DNA of 57,926 nucleotides from Octopus sinensis. Lineage: Eukaryota. The stretch's first letter is position 1. Each line of letters opens with the position of its first letter. The position numbers were made by a program, and so were the translations under genes. The stretch spans positions 1 to 57,926 of the forward strand of contig NW_021833796.1 of the NCBI RefSeq assembly GCF_006345805.1, given 5' to 3'. Below are positions 1 to 13,109 of the stretch, in pieces. A model generated the notes under the pieces. The model worked only from the letters and a program-made list of their open reading frames with translations, made no database searches and was not told the origin of the DNA.

Positions 1-34
1 CATATTTCAACTTTTAAAAGCAAATTCTTTACAG

Positions 35-403
35 TTACTCTTTTACTTTTTTCAGTCATTTGACAGTGGCCATGCTGGGGCACCACCTTTTGTCGAGGAA
101 ATCGACCCCTAGTACTTATTCTATCGGTCTCTTTTGCCGAACCGCTAAGCTACGCGGACGTAAACACACCAGCATCGGTTGTCAAGCGATGTTGGGTGGG
201 GGGGAGACAAACACACACACACACATATAATATATATATACATATATATGACGGGCTTCTTTCAGTGTCCGTCTACCAAATCCACTCGCAAGGCTTTGGT
301 TGGCCTGAGGTTATAGTAGAAGACACTTGCACAAGGTGCCACGCAGTGGGACTGAACCCGGAACCATGTGGTTGGTAAGCAACCTACTTACCACACAGCC
401 ACT
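35..403 (-). mobile_element. tRNA-derived SINE family A (CORE-like, internal microsatellite), near full length
   Basis: Reverse complement reads GTGGCTGTGTGGTAAG..GGTTCAGTCCC (A/B-box-like) ..CACCTTGTGCAAGTGTCTTC.. then (TA/TG)n and a tail ending TGACTGAAAAAAGTAAAAGAG; many homologous copies in the window. Confidence 0.92.
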
Positions 404-689
404 TTTGTGCCTGCACAGTTACTGTGGAGAAAAAATTCTCTTTTATGGTAGAAAAGTCTTAAAACACCATATCTGTCCAATGCTGCCCCCTGTCGGATTT
501 ACAGATGCATTTCTAATTCTTTAGTCGTACTCAATGGGAAATATCCGAAAGAGGCAACTTTCAGTTGGCAATCCCACTCATTGTATACCGAATGGATGTA
601 ATGGCACTCAGAGCATTTTGAATCAATACATGTACATTGCTCTACTTCGTTCTAGACAGGATAAGTGGACACAAATACGATGGTGAAGA

Positions 690-1194
690 AGCTGATGATA
701 CTGATACTGATGATGATGATGATGATGATGATGGTAGCGGTGTGGTGGTGGTGGTGGTGGTGGTGGTGGTGGTGGTGATGATGAGGAGGAGGAGGGGGGC
801 AGCAGGAATCTGAAAATTTTTGAACAAAAGATGATGAATCTGATAGTGGTGACTGATAATGCTTGCTGATTGATGATTAAAAAACGAGAGTTAGATCACA
901 ATGGAGATGATTATGATGAAGAGGAAGAGAAGGAGGAAGAAGAGGAGGTGGTGGTGGTCGCGGAGGAGGGTATTTGTGGTAGTGGTCGTGGTGGTGCAGT
1001 GGTGGAAATGATTATGATGATGATGATCATCATCATCATCACTATTATCGTGATCGTGATACTGATGATGGTGATGATGATGATGATGATGATGACGACG
1101 ACGACGACGACAACGACGACGAAGGGGGATGTCGATGATGATGATGATGATGATGACGACGACTACGACGACAACGACGACGAAGGGGGATGTC

Positions 1195-1234
<40 letters not shown>

Positions 1235-1240
1235 GACGAT
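690..1240. repeat. Compound trinucleotide low-complexity tract (GAT/GGT/GAG/GAC) with a 61-bp internal duplication
   Basis: Runs of GAT, GGT, GAG, GAC; GACGACAACGACGACGAAGGGGGATGTCGATGAT occurs twice (GAAGGGGGA at 1121 and 1182). Confidence 0.9.
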
Positions 1241-1699
1241 GTGCCAGAAACCGAAGTCATGATGTCGACAATAATGACGATCAGAATCATCTCATTCTTG
1301 AGAACCATTGAAGTTCTTCTCAGTTTTTCAACCAGAGTCAGTATCAAAGTCACAACCCTTCTTTAACCCTTGTTCATTGAAAGGATTATTGAAGATTTAT
1401 CCAAACCAGAAAACTCTATTCATCATTATACACTAAAGATAAATCTATCAACATTTACATCAAGAAAATCAACAAATTAGCTTCAACCTGATCACACGAT
1501 CTGCAAGAAATAGCAGCTAAATCTTTGGGTTTTTTTTTTTACATATCTATGCTTACATCACTGCTTGCATTCTTTCTTCCATTTAGGTGTGAATGACGGT
1601 TTTGGTATTTCTATGTAAATGAGTGATCACACAGACAGTCTCTCAATAGCTCATACACACATGCACACATATATGTATCAGTGTGGGTGTGTTTATATA

Positions 1700-2075
1700 C
1701 CCATAACCTTAGTGTTTTGGTAAAGGAGACCATTAAAATAGGAGCCAGGATTTAAAAAATAAGTCCTGGGGTCAATTTGATTTCTAATTTCTTCTTTACT
1801 TGTTTATTGATACTGAACCATTCTCTATTCTTGCCTTGTAATTCCCAGGCTTGTGGTAAATTCATTAATGATAATTACATTACGAAGAAAGAAAATTCCA
1901 AGAAATCCCCTGAACTTTTGGCCAGATAGTGTGACAAAAGAGACTGATAAAATAAGTACTAGGTTTACAAAGAATAAGTCCTGGGGTCAATTTGTTCAAC
2001 TAAAACCCTTCAAGGCAGTGCCCCAGCATGGCCACAGTGAAATGATTGAAACAGGTAAAAGATAAAAGATAAAAG
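1700..2075 (+). mobile_element. Two 3' fragments of SINE family A (about 1700-1782 and 1925-2075)
   Basis: AATAAGTCCTGGGGTCAATTTG and CAGCATGGCCACAGTGAAATGATTGAAACAGGTAAAAGA match the tail of full copies. Confidence 0.75.
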
Positions 2076-2424
2076 GTATTAATGTTTGTTGTAATATCAA
2101 CTTAAACATAAAAATAATTTCACATTAAGCTGAAAGATTACTGAATGTTTTTAGTTAAGAACATGTGTATTAAATTTTTATTCAAGGAAATGGTTGACAG
2201 TGACTTCGGAGTTCTGGCTTGCTCACCTTCATCCGACTGTCATTGTCAAGTTCCAACAATACCAAAACACATCTGACATTCTCAAAAGTTAGTGCTGGGA
2301 AGATATTCACCTCATGCCGAAATATATTGTGTTTTTAAAATAACATCTATGAAGAGGTTTTATCTTAGACAATTATCACAGCATCATGCCTTTCAATGTG
2401 ATTTTTGTCTGAGAGAAAATCATT

Positions 2425-2826
2425 GGAGTGGCTGCGTGGTAAGTAGTTTGCTTACCAACCACAAGGTTCCGGGTTCATTCCCACTGTGTGGCACCTTGGG
2501 CAAGTGTCTTCTACTATAGCCTCAGGCCAACCAAAGCCTTGTGAGTGGATTTGGTAGACGGAAACTGAAAGAAGCCTGTCGTATATATGGATATGTATGT
2601 ATGTGTGTGTATATGTTTGTGTGTCTGTGATTGTCCCCCAACATCACTAAACAATCGATGCTGATGTGTTTATGTCCCCGTAACTTAGCGGCTCAGCAAA
2701 AGAGACCGATAGAATAAGTACTAGGCTTACAAAGAATAAGTCCTGGGGTCGATTTGTTCGACTAAAAGTGGTGCTCCAGCATAGCCGCAGTCAAATGATT
2801 GAAACAAGTAATAGAGTAAAAGAATA
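2425..2826 (+). mobile_element. SINE family A, full length
   Basis: GGAGTGGCTGCGTGGTAAG head, CACCTTGGGCAAGTGTCTTC core, internal TATG/TG tract, TGAAACAAGTAATAGAGTAAAAG tail. Confidence 0.93.
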
Positions 2827-3648
2827 TGTGTGCATATGTGCATTCAAATGATAGGCCAATCAGCAGAACTGAAGCAGAGTATTACCCTGTAGTAGGAGAA
2901 TACTTTAATAAAGTTTGAACTCATGTCTGCATTGTAAGCAGTACCATACCACTGTGTTATTCTAGTAATGAGGCTATTCAAAAATCTAAAATTTAGCGTT
3001 ACTCTTGTCTTCAGTTTTCGCATTCTCTAAACTGATTAGAACCTTCCCACACTTAAACTGTATGAAAGAAACATAATAGACAGCCTTTGCACAACCATTG
3101 TCATTTAATGTTTTACATTTTATTGTAAAGAAAAACTATGACTTTTATAAAAATCGTTATTTGAAGCTTGCCTTAAAATCTTTGCATCCTACTGTTTTGT
3201 TTTGTTGTTTTTTCTTTTTAAATTTTGATTTTGGTTTGAGAGAATTTGTTTTTTCAGAATTTTGATAATTATTTTTGTTGATAAAATTTGATGATATTTG
3301 TAATTTTTCTTTATATCTACTTTATTTTATGCATTTAAAAGAACTTTATTATCTTCTTTGTTTATTTTTTTTTTCTTCTTACACTCTCTATGTGTCTTGC
3401 CATTACTTTTCTATTAGAGTTCTTGAAAGAAAAATTCTCAATTTGCCAAACTTTAAGAACTGTGTGTTCATATGTGCATGTTTGTCTATATGCCCTTGTA
3501 TATACATGTATGTATGTGTCTGTAACATTTTATACATGTATATGCTTCATCTATTTCTTGTATTTTCTTTCTCCTCATTTATTTTTCCTTCTTTTACATC
3601 TCCTTCTTCATTGTCTTCTCTCTTTTCCATATTTCATATTTCCAACAG

Positions 3649-3701
3649 CAAGTTATGATGCATATTCACCCCATGATTTTGGTTGGATAATTAGAGACTA
3701 A
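3649..3701 (+). CDS. Candidate terminal coding exon (xSYDAYSPHDFGWIIRD*), gene unidentified
   Basis: Long pyrimidine tract (about 3560-3645) ending CCAACAG, open frame to TAA at 3699-3701, then about 1.2 kb of microsatellite-free AT-rich sequence resembling a 3' UTR; no homologue recognised. Confidence 0.35.
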
Positions 3702-4895
3702 ATAGTTCTTGTTAAAAGGCTTGTTTAATTACGAGATAATTGTGCACTTGTCACAATCTCAGAAACTTTTAATCAGAAATAACTAATCATCTTTATTTTA
3801 TCAACAGAAAAGTTAGTGACAGAGAGAATTTGCAAGAAAATTAGTTTGCCCAGCCCTCTACTTTTCATTTCTACATTGCAAAGAAATGTAACAGAAGTAG
3901 GAGAAAAACAAATGCAAGAATCAGAATAGTTTTCCTACTGTCTTTTGGATAAATTATTATATTTTAATTTTTAAATATTGTGGAATTTTTATGCTTTAGA
4001 TTTGGTTATGGGGTTTTGGAAGTATGGTCTTGTACTATAGACACAGTTTCACAGCAAATTCAGTCACTACTGAGTCTGTGGTGAAACTAGGTTTAAAATA
4101 CTGTTGAAAACAAATTAACTGCAGCCCTAATCTTATCATTGGCCCCATGCCACATGCAAAAACATTAGGTTTTCAATACTTTCAGACCTATCATCAAAAG
4201 TGTTTTTACTGTGACCATCAAATTTTTTTTCTATATTTAGAAAGAGATTTTTCAATGCATTCTTTATGACTTTAGGATACTGGAGTATTATTTTAATGGA
4301 AATTGGTTGATAATTGTAACACATCAATCAAACACATAGAGATTCTATATCTTTAGAATGTATTAATTACAGTAGCTTTATATGCCCAGCATGGGAAGGG
4401 CAGTATGAAGATAAACCTACATAATAGGCATACAAACATGTTAAATTTACCTACTCCTTCATCTGTAGACTGAAAAAATTATGGAAAACCTGGAATGATT
4501 CTTTACTCTTTTGAGAGTCTCATCAGATGCATCTCCATCACTTAATCAATCTCATATGCATTCAGGAATTTTGTATACTTCAAAGAACTACATCATCAAG
4601 AACAATAAGACTGAAAAGAACCACTAACTAGGGGTTTCATTGGCTAGAAATAATGGACAAATCTCTTTTTTGTATATGACTTTTATTAGCATAAGTAAAA
4701 AAGACTTCACTGGACAATGTTGGCCCCTAAGTAAAAAGCATACAAATAGATAGGGTAATCATAGGTGGAACATCTGTGAACATAAACCTGTTCAAAAGCA
4801 GCTTACCTGATACTTAGCAACAATAATAACAACAATAATTTAAACATTAGTTTATCACTATGTAAATGAGAAATCGTTAAGATACTTTTCAGCAA

Positions 4896-5081
4896 GGCGT
4901 AGGAGTGGCTGTGTGGTTAGTAACTTGCTTATGAACCACATGGTTCCAGGTTTAGTCCCACTGCATGGCACCTTGGGCAAGTGCCTTCTACTATAGCCTC
5001 AGGTCAACCAAAGCCTTGTTAGTGGATTTGGTAGATGGAAACTGAAAGAAGCCCGTCATATATATGTATGTATATATATAT

Positions 5082-5130
<49 letters not shown>

Positions 5131-5350
5131 GTGTATGTACTTGTGTGTCTATGTTTGTCCCCCCAACATCACTTGACAACCGATGCTGGTGAGTTTACAT
5201 CTCCATAACTTAGCAGTTCGGCTAAAGAGACAGATAGAATAAGTACTAGGCTTACAAAGAATAAGTCCTGGGGTCGATTTGCTCGACTAAAAAGGCTGTG
5301 CTCCAGCATGGCTACAGTCAAATGACTGAAGCAAGTAAAAGAGAGTAAAG
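4896..5350 (+). mobile_element. SINE family A, full length with expanded internal (TA)n
   Basis: GGCGTAGGAGTGGCTGTGTGG head through AGTAAAAGAGAGTAAAG tail. Confidence 0.93.
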
Positions 5351-5745
5351 ATTCATTTAAACACCGACTGTCTCTTTCTCATTTTCTCCTTCTTTTTCTC
5401 TCACTCTTGCCATCATAAGAGTTTATCAAATGATGTCTTTCAATAAGATTTCTATGAATACACTCTATCTATTTACACAGTTCCAAAAGGTGACAAATGA
5501 AAACTAACAATTACATTAAACTGGAGAATTGGCAAATATGAGACACACAGACAGTCAATGTGTTTAATAGTTCTTGCAGAAAGAACTGATTCAATTATTT
5601 GCTGTGTGATGAAGTTAGTAATCCTAAAGACATATTCATCAGACTAAATATCTTGCTGCATTTGGTCCAGTTCTTTAGATACTAAGTTCAAATCTGGTCA
5701 AGATCAACTTTGCTGTTGATTCTTTTTGAGGTTCATATATTGAAA

Positions 5746-6146
5746 TACTCTCTTTACTCTTTTACTCTTTTACTTGTTTCAGTCATTTGACTGTGGCCAT
5801 GCTGGAGCACTGCCTTTAGTCGAGCAAATCAACCCCAGGACTTATTCTTTGTAAGCCTAGTACTTATTCTATTGGTCTCTTTTGCCGAACCACTAAGTTA
5901 CGGGGATGTAAATACACCAGCATTGGTTATCAAGCGATGTTGGGGGACAAACACAGACACACATATATATACATATACATATACGACAGGCTTCTTTCAG
6001 TTTCTGTCTACCAAATCCACTCACAAGGCTTTGGTCGGCCCGAGGCTAGAGTAGAAGACACTTGCCCAAGGTGTCACGCAGTGGGACTGAACCCGTAACT
6101 ATGTGGTTTGTAAGCAAGCTACTTACCACACAGCCACTCATGCACC
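5746..6146 (-). mobile_element. SINE family A, full length
   Basis: Reverse complement of the family A head, core and tail. Confidence 0.93.
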
Positions 6147-6164
6147 TTTATCAATAAGGTTATT

Positions 6165-6555
6165 GAAAAGATGAAATAGTTAGAGCATTGAGCAAACTGC
6201 ATTACAACATTTGGTTTGGCATTTGATGCTGAAGTCAAATCTTGACTTAGTGTTCATTCTCTTTGGAGTAGTAAATTAGTGTATTGAGAAGGGTGTTCGA
6301 ATGATGGAATCGTAGAGAATTGGACAAAATACATTATAGTATTTGTTCTGGCACTTAATGTTGAGGTCAAATCTTGACTTTGTAAACATTCGTGTTCATT
6401 CTTTCTAGACTGATAAATAAGGGTGTTGGAATGATGGAACTTTTAGAACATTAAACAAAATACAGTGAGGTGTGTACTCTGGTATTTCACATTCTGAGTT
6501 CAAATCTTGACATGGTCACCTTGGCTTTTATATTCCTGGAGTCAGGAAGGTGGAG
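6165..6555 (+). repeat. Three tandem degenerate SINE-like heads (about 130-bp units, family B-like)
   Basis: Recurring AAGGGTGTT.GAATGATGGAA, CAAAATAC and G(AG)GTCAAATCTTGAC motifs at about 130-bp spacing. Confidence 0.55.
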
Positions 6556-6569
6556 TATCATATTATCAG

Positions 6570-6900
6570 AATGTGTTTCTCATTAAATTCATTATCTGCT
6601 AGTTTCTAATATTAGAATCTGCAGACTTCAGATGTTATAAATAAGGTTAACACCAGACAAGCATTTGTGTTCTTAGAAGAAAAAAACCCCACATATTCCA
6701 TCATATTCCATCATGGACTGATAAAATAGCCATTTCTGGTCACTGAATCAAAATATATGTGCATTGACCAAAGGGAAAGTAAAGGAAATGGAATGGTTTG
6801 TTGTGCAAAAGCAAAAAGAAGTAAAGGCAAAATAAAATGGTTTTTTTTTATCTGCAGGCTAAAATACACAGCTTCTTGTTCCCATTACATATGTACACAC
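6570..6900 (+). repeat. Diverged about 330-bp direct repeat, copy 1 (partner 9823-10176)
   Basis: Shared blocks such as CTCATTAAATTCATTA, CAGACTTCAGATGTTATAAATAA, AATAGCCATTTCTGGTCA, ATTGACCAAAGGGAAA, AGTAAAGGAAATGGAATGGTT. Confidence 0.85.
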
Positions 6901-7902
6901 AAAGCCACACACATATCTATATTCATGGATATATATTATATACCAGTCCAGAAATTTGGAAATTTCTGAAAATGTTAGGGTATTGGACAAAATATTTTGT
7001 GGTATTTGCTTGGGCTCTCATGTTTTAAGTGCTGAGTCAGTTGTTGCAAAATTGTATCTAGCTGAAAATATAACCAAAAGAATGCAATAGGCAACTGCCT
7101 TTATATTCTCCCCTAAAAATTCTTTAACAAGCACAAAGCCATTGTCAATGTTGTCAGAATTATTTAAGTGATTTTGCTGTATGGTGTTCACCTAAATTTT
7201 ATCACTCATTTATTGACATTATTTGCACCAATGTGTTTGTTGTTTACTAAAAGATGAAGTTTTAGAATACTAGAACCATCAAAAAGAATCAAAACCAGTC
7301 ATATCTGTATTCTTACATTACCAAAGTTTATTGGACTAGGAAAAAGACTTATAATATTTGAAAACTAATAGAATATTCAAGTGAATGTTTTGTAGTGTAA
7401 AGTTTGTTTTGTTTTGAGATCAATATTGAAACTATATGATTGCAATGTAAGCAAGTTAACCACACAGACATATCTGGACCAAATTTTGAGAAATAAAATG
7501 AGTTATGAAAATCCAAAGTACTTTGCAGTAGATGTAGAAAAGATAGGCAGAAGAAATATAATATCTATGAGCCAGTGGCTGCAGTTGTGTTAGGCTGTGT
7601 GACTTTCTCCAACAGCAGAATAACAAGACTATTATGTGTAAGAACAGTATTATCACAAGTATGTGGAGCATACCCATGATTCATACATATGTACAGGCAC
7701 ATAGTATACACACACATGCATATACATACATATATGTATATGTATTTATGCCTGTGTGCATATATGTGAATATGTACATATATATATATATGTATGTATA
7801 TATCATTATCATTATTATTATTATCAAAGCTGCTGCAAAAAATCACAAAAAATCTGCCACTCAGAGTTTCACATTCCTATTCATCGGACAGTTGTGATTA
7901 TA

Positions 7903-8703
7903 GAGGCACACGCTTAGTTGTGGTGGTTAAGGAGGTTGCTTTGGGTTCAATCCCATTGTGCAGTTCCTTGTGCAAGTGTCTTTTATAAACCCAGGCTGAC
8001 CAATGCTTGATAGTGAATTTGGTTAACAGAAATTATGTGGAAACCCATCTTATATGCATATGCGTGTGTGTATGTGTGTATGGCTTTGTGCTTTTTTCCC
8101 TTTGTCCACACACATATTATTGGTTGGTTTACATCCTCACCACCTAACAGTTCAGCAAAAAAGCAATCTATTTAGTAGCAGACTTTAAAATGTGTACTGG
8201 GATCAACATGTTGAGCTAAACAATTTAAGGCAGTGCTACAGCATGGCCGCAATCCAAAATGACTAAAACATGTAAAAGTCAAAAGATATATGTGTACAGG
8301 TGCAGGCGTGGCTGTGTGATAAGAAGCTTGCTTCCCAACCACATAGTTCCAGGTTCAGTCCCACTGTGTGGCACCTTGGACTATACTATAGCCTCGGACT
8401 GATCAAAGCCTTGCGAGTGGATTTGGTTGATAGAAACTGAAAGAATCCTGTCATATATATATGTATATATCTATGTGTGTGTATTTTTATGTCTGTGTTT
8501 GTCCCCCACCAGCCCATCCAAGTGTTTGAAAACCGGTGTTGGTGTGTTTATTCCCCATAACTTAGTGGTTCAACCTAAGACATAGACAGAATAAGTACTA
8601 GGCTGATGTTGATTTGTTTGAATAAAATCTTTCAAGGTGGTGCCCCAGCATGGCCGAAGTCAAATGACTGACACAAGTAAAAGAATAACAGAATAAAAGA
8701 ATA
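7903..8703 (+). mobile_element. Two tandem SINE family A copies (degenerate 7903-8288; better preserved 8297-8703)
   Basis: Both show head, GCAAGTGTC or GGCACCTTGG core and CAGCATGGCCG..AAATGACT..AGTAAAAG tail. Confidence 0.85.
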
Positions 8704-9013
8704 CATGTGTGTGTGAGTATGTTTCTGCATGTGTGTATATGCGTATATGTGCGTTCATGTATGTGCATTTATGTGGGTGTACATACATGCATGCAGCCAG
8801 TAGTTAAGTCATTTTATGTATATCAAAATAAAAGTAGATACTTATATAACTAATTCCTTATGTGTACATACCTATATCTTATAAGGTACTACTCCACCCA
8901 CTCATCTTCATAGCTCTGTAGTCAATACAAGTAATTACAACTCAATATTTTATACTAACACACATATTCTGTGGCTACACCTCTATACTTTAAAAACATT
9001 ATGCAGGCAGAAC

Positions 9014-9058
<45 letters not shown>

Positions 9059-9125
9059 AAAATTTCTTGCGTAATGAGATAAAAAACTAAGGGTGTGTAG
9101 ATTTTAGAACATTTATAGACAGAAG

Positions 9126-9174
9126 GTCTTACAGCTGTTTCCAGGTTATTTAATTATATCCCTTCATAGGAGAC
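9126..9174 (-). ncRNA. Degenerate minimal type I hammerhead motif in a short repeat between (TA)n tracts
   Basis: Minus strand GTCT-CCTATGA-A-GGGATAT..ATAACCT-G-GAAA-CAGCTG-TA^AGAC: stem I GTCT/AGAC, palindromic stem III ACAGCTGT, GUA site, core altered from CTGATGA. Confidence 0.55.
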
Positions 9175-9468
9175 GATGTGAGAGGATGGTTAAGTAATAG
9201 TTAATTTAGATAAAATACAAAATAGAGAATGAGGGGACGAAAGAAAATAGATGTGAGATGTGTAGGGATATTGAATTTTTACATCCATTTTTTAGGCAGA
9301 ATGGTATACATGTAAGATGCCAATGCCTTATGAGTAAAATTCAAAATATATACATATATATATAGGATATATACATATATATATGTATATATATACATAT
9401 ATATATACATATATACATATATATATATACATACATATATATATACATATATACATATACATATACAC

Positions 9469-9506
<38 letters not shown>

Positions 9507-9822
9507 GCTTGTATGTATGTAAAGAATACCAGTATTATACTAGGGATGTTTCAATTCAATCAACAAACATCACTCAGACATAGGATTTGTTCATAATCAA
9601 AAGAAATCAATAATATTTGATTGTTAGTTACTACATACAAAAGCACTTTTGCTGTTTTATTCATTTTTATTTTGTATTTATACTTCTACTTCATGTTGTT
9701 CTCATTTCATTTTGTTTCGCTTTTTTTTGTTTGTTTTCTTTTTGCTATTTTGGCAGCGGGGAAAATTGGTGGAGATGGGTGGCTTTATTTTATTCATTTA
9801 TTTATTTATTTATTTTTGTCAC

Positions 9823-10176
9823 AATGCGTCTCTCATTAAATTCATTACTTGCTAGCTTCCGATATTAGAATCCACAGACTTCAGATGTTATAAATAATAT
9901 TAAAGCCAGACAAAGCATTTGTGTTCCTGGAAGAAAAAAAAACACATACACACATATTCCATCATATTGGAATGGACTGATGAAATAGCCATTTCTGGTC
10001 AGCTAACCAAAATATATGTGTATTGACCAAAGGGAAACATTTAGTAAAGGAAATGGAATGGTTCATTGTCCAAGAACAAAAAGGAATAAAAGTAAAGGAA
10101 AAAAAACAAACTATGGTTTATATTCTTATCTGCATGCAAAAATACACGACTATTTTTTCTCATTACACATGTGTGC
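9823..10176 (+). repeat. Diverged direct repeat, copy 2 (partner 6570-6900)
   Basis: See copy 1; offset about 3.25 kb. Confidence 0.85.
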
Positions 10177-10179
10177 ACA

Positions 10180-10238
10180 GAAAACAGGCACACACATGCA
10201 CGCTTGCAGGTACACACATGCAAATACACATACACACT

Positions 10239-10276
<38 letters not shown>

Positions 10277-10394
10277 TACATATATATATACACACAGAGA
10301 CACTTATACATACATACATATACATGTTTGTGTGGAGAGATATAACATATATATATGTATGTATATATATGTGTATATATATAATATATATATG

Positions 10395-10441
<47 letters not shown>

Positions 10442-10610
10442 TCTATATATGCTATATATATATACATATACATATATATTTATATATACATACCTACTGA
10501 TATATATTCATATATATACACATATTGACTCTTCCATGCATACATTCTTACAAACCACAGAGAGAGAGAGAGAGAGGCACACACACACATATTATATATA
10601 CACACTGCAC

Positions 10611-10647
<37 letters not shown>

Positions 10648-10716
10648 CATATGTATACATGTATATGCATGCATTGCATGTATGTGTTTGTGTATGTTTG
10701 TGTGTGTGTTTGTGTA

Positions 10717-10755
<39 letters not shown>

Positions 10756-11066
10756 TGTGTATGTGCATGTATTCTGCATGCATAATGCTTTTAATGTATA
10801 GATGTCTTGCTGCAAAGGACATATGTCGGTATAAAATATGAGTTTGTTGGGTTGTAATCGCCTTTATAGATTACAGAACTATAGAGTTGAGGATGTAGAG
10901 AGGTACCTAATGAAATCATGTTCATATAGGTATGTACACATAAGAACTAGTTATATAAGTTTCTATTTTTAATTTTAATATACACAAGTTTGTGCTTAAC
11001 TACTGCCTGCACACACACACATATATATGTGTGTATATATATATATATATAAATATATATTATATA

Positions 11067-11140
<74 letters not shown>

Positions 11141-11443
11141 GATATTCTGATATGTGCATTTGTTTCATGTGTTTAGTTACACTTGTGCAATCATTCTTTT
11201 TACACGCAGAGAAAGTGAGAGAGAGGGGGGATAAAAAGAGAGGATTCTGTACGTCTATGCGTCTATATATTTATTACTATGTATTATATATCTACATCTC
11301 TACTTAAAAAAAAGCATACACACATGCTATATATATATGCACACACGCATGCACACATACATGCACACACATATGTATATATAATCATATATATATGTTC
11401 GTATACACATACATATGTATATACATTATACTCATGTATATGA

Positions 11444-11524
<81 letters not shown>

Positions 11525-11547
11525 TATATATATACATATATATAAAC

Positions 11548-11605
<58 letters not shown>

Positions 11606-11750
11606 CATATACATATATATTTATATATCTATATATATATATATATATATATATGCATCTATATATGCTATATATATATGCACACACGCATGCACACATA
11701 CATGCACACACATATGTATATATATATATATATATACTGTATACATTATA
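10180..11750. repeat. Compound (TA)n/(CA)n/(TG)n/(GA)n microsatellite fields
   Basis: Direct inspection; interrupted by short unique segments. Confidence 0.95.
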
Positions 11751-12533
11751 CCTATGTATGTGCAGCACGTGTGTGTTAGTTGTCTTTACTAGACATGTGT
11801 AATAAATAGTAAAAGTGTCTAAGTGAAAGAAGTGCTGATGAAAGGGAAGGGCAGGACGATGAAGGCGAATTAGGAAAAAAGACGAAGCTGGTTCATGCAG
11901 GTAAATTGTTAGGTTGTAAAACTACTGACCTGTAACACATCTATTCAAAGCTTGCTCCTCAACTAGAACCAACAACTTAAGTTTCTTAGTCATAGGCAGG
12001 TTATATTTCACAATTCATTTACTCTAGCATAAAAATACAAATATAAAAAAAGTACGTAGTTGTTCAAACACTTCGTTGTTGTTCTTGTTGTTGTTCTTGT
12101 TCTTATTACTATTGTTGTTTTATTTGTGTTTTAGTGCCATAGAAAACCTGCTGGAGACAAGCAGACCTATGGCCATTAGGCTTTCTTGCTTGACCGTTCA
12201 GTCTTTGGTTGTCGTTTTCTTTTTTCGTACGACGTGTATCTAGGATCACGTTATCTATTGTCTCCATTTATGTTTGTTTATTTTTTCTTCAAAAAATAGA
12301 AGAAAAAGACGACTGGGTATGATGTGAAAAAGATTTGATTGTTATTTCTAGCATTTCTCTTGCCTATATAGAGACCTACACGTTGTCTCAATTTCACTTG
12401 TATTGCTTTTAAGGCCAATGGCAACCGCCAAAGATACCCCAACTGAGGCAATCGCATATTTTTAGAGATATCTGGAACTAAATTATCAACGGTGCTGTAT
12501 AACTATGAGAATATTCGCCGTTTCTTGAACATA

Positions 12534-12729
12534 CGATGCTTTCTGTAAAAGCAAATATAGGAGGATCAGTTAATTATGACTTTATTCAACATATTCCCCT
12601 CCTAGATTCACTCACTCATTGCAACGGTCCTTCAGTTTTTCCAAACCTTGTGAAAGAACTTGGAAGTCTGGGCCTCCAGCCAGGCTTTCGCGACACCCTT
12701 AAATCTAGGAACTTTTCAGCACCCTCTCG
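12534..12729 (-). mobile_element. Internally deleted mariner derivative (MITE-like), one TIR mostly lost
   Basis: Minus strand starts TA|CGAGAGGGTGCTGAAAAGTTCC (mariner-type TIR) and encodes AKAWLEAQTSKFF..GLEKLKDRCNE*VNLGGEYVE*, like a mariner transposase C-terminus; TA at both ends. Confidence 0.8.
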
Positions 12730-13109
12730 TATTGAGCAGCGACCAAAATGTCATGCTCTTGGTGTTCGCCTGGCAGTTATTAAGTAGGTTGGATAGAAAG
12801 CTGTAGAAGGTAAGCAAACATAGAAATTGTCAAAAAAGCTTGCCGCACCTAAATATGTTATGCATGCTTAAATACACGTTCGTACAGAAAGCAATGCAAT
12901 TTTTCTTAATCCATAACTAATGTTTTATCAAGCGAGGTGCACGATCCACTACAGGGCGTGGTAGTATATTGATGGGGTGTGAGTTACTTTTGAAAAGGTT
13001 ATAAGTAAATAACAAGAGAATAAATGCTACTATAAAGTTGAATTAAAACTTCTTTTGAATAAAAGTGTTTGTGGGGTGAAGGCGTGCGTTTGCGCATCGC
13101 ACGTGAATA

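Noticed and set aside
525-600. Possible plus-strand exon after TTCTTTAG
   Set aside because: Several frames are open, the donor is weak and no homology is recognised; may be a repeat remnant
870-1353. Acidic low-complexity ORFs (DDD/EEE) resembling a disordered protein
   Set aside because: Frames switch and terminate within trinucleotide tracts; no splice or homology support
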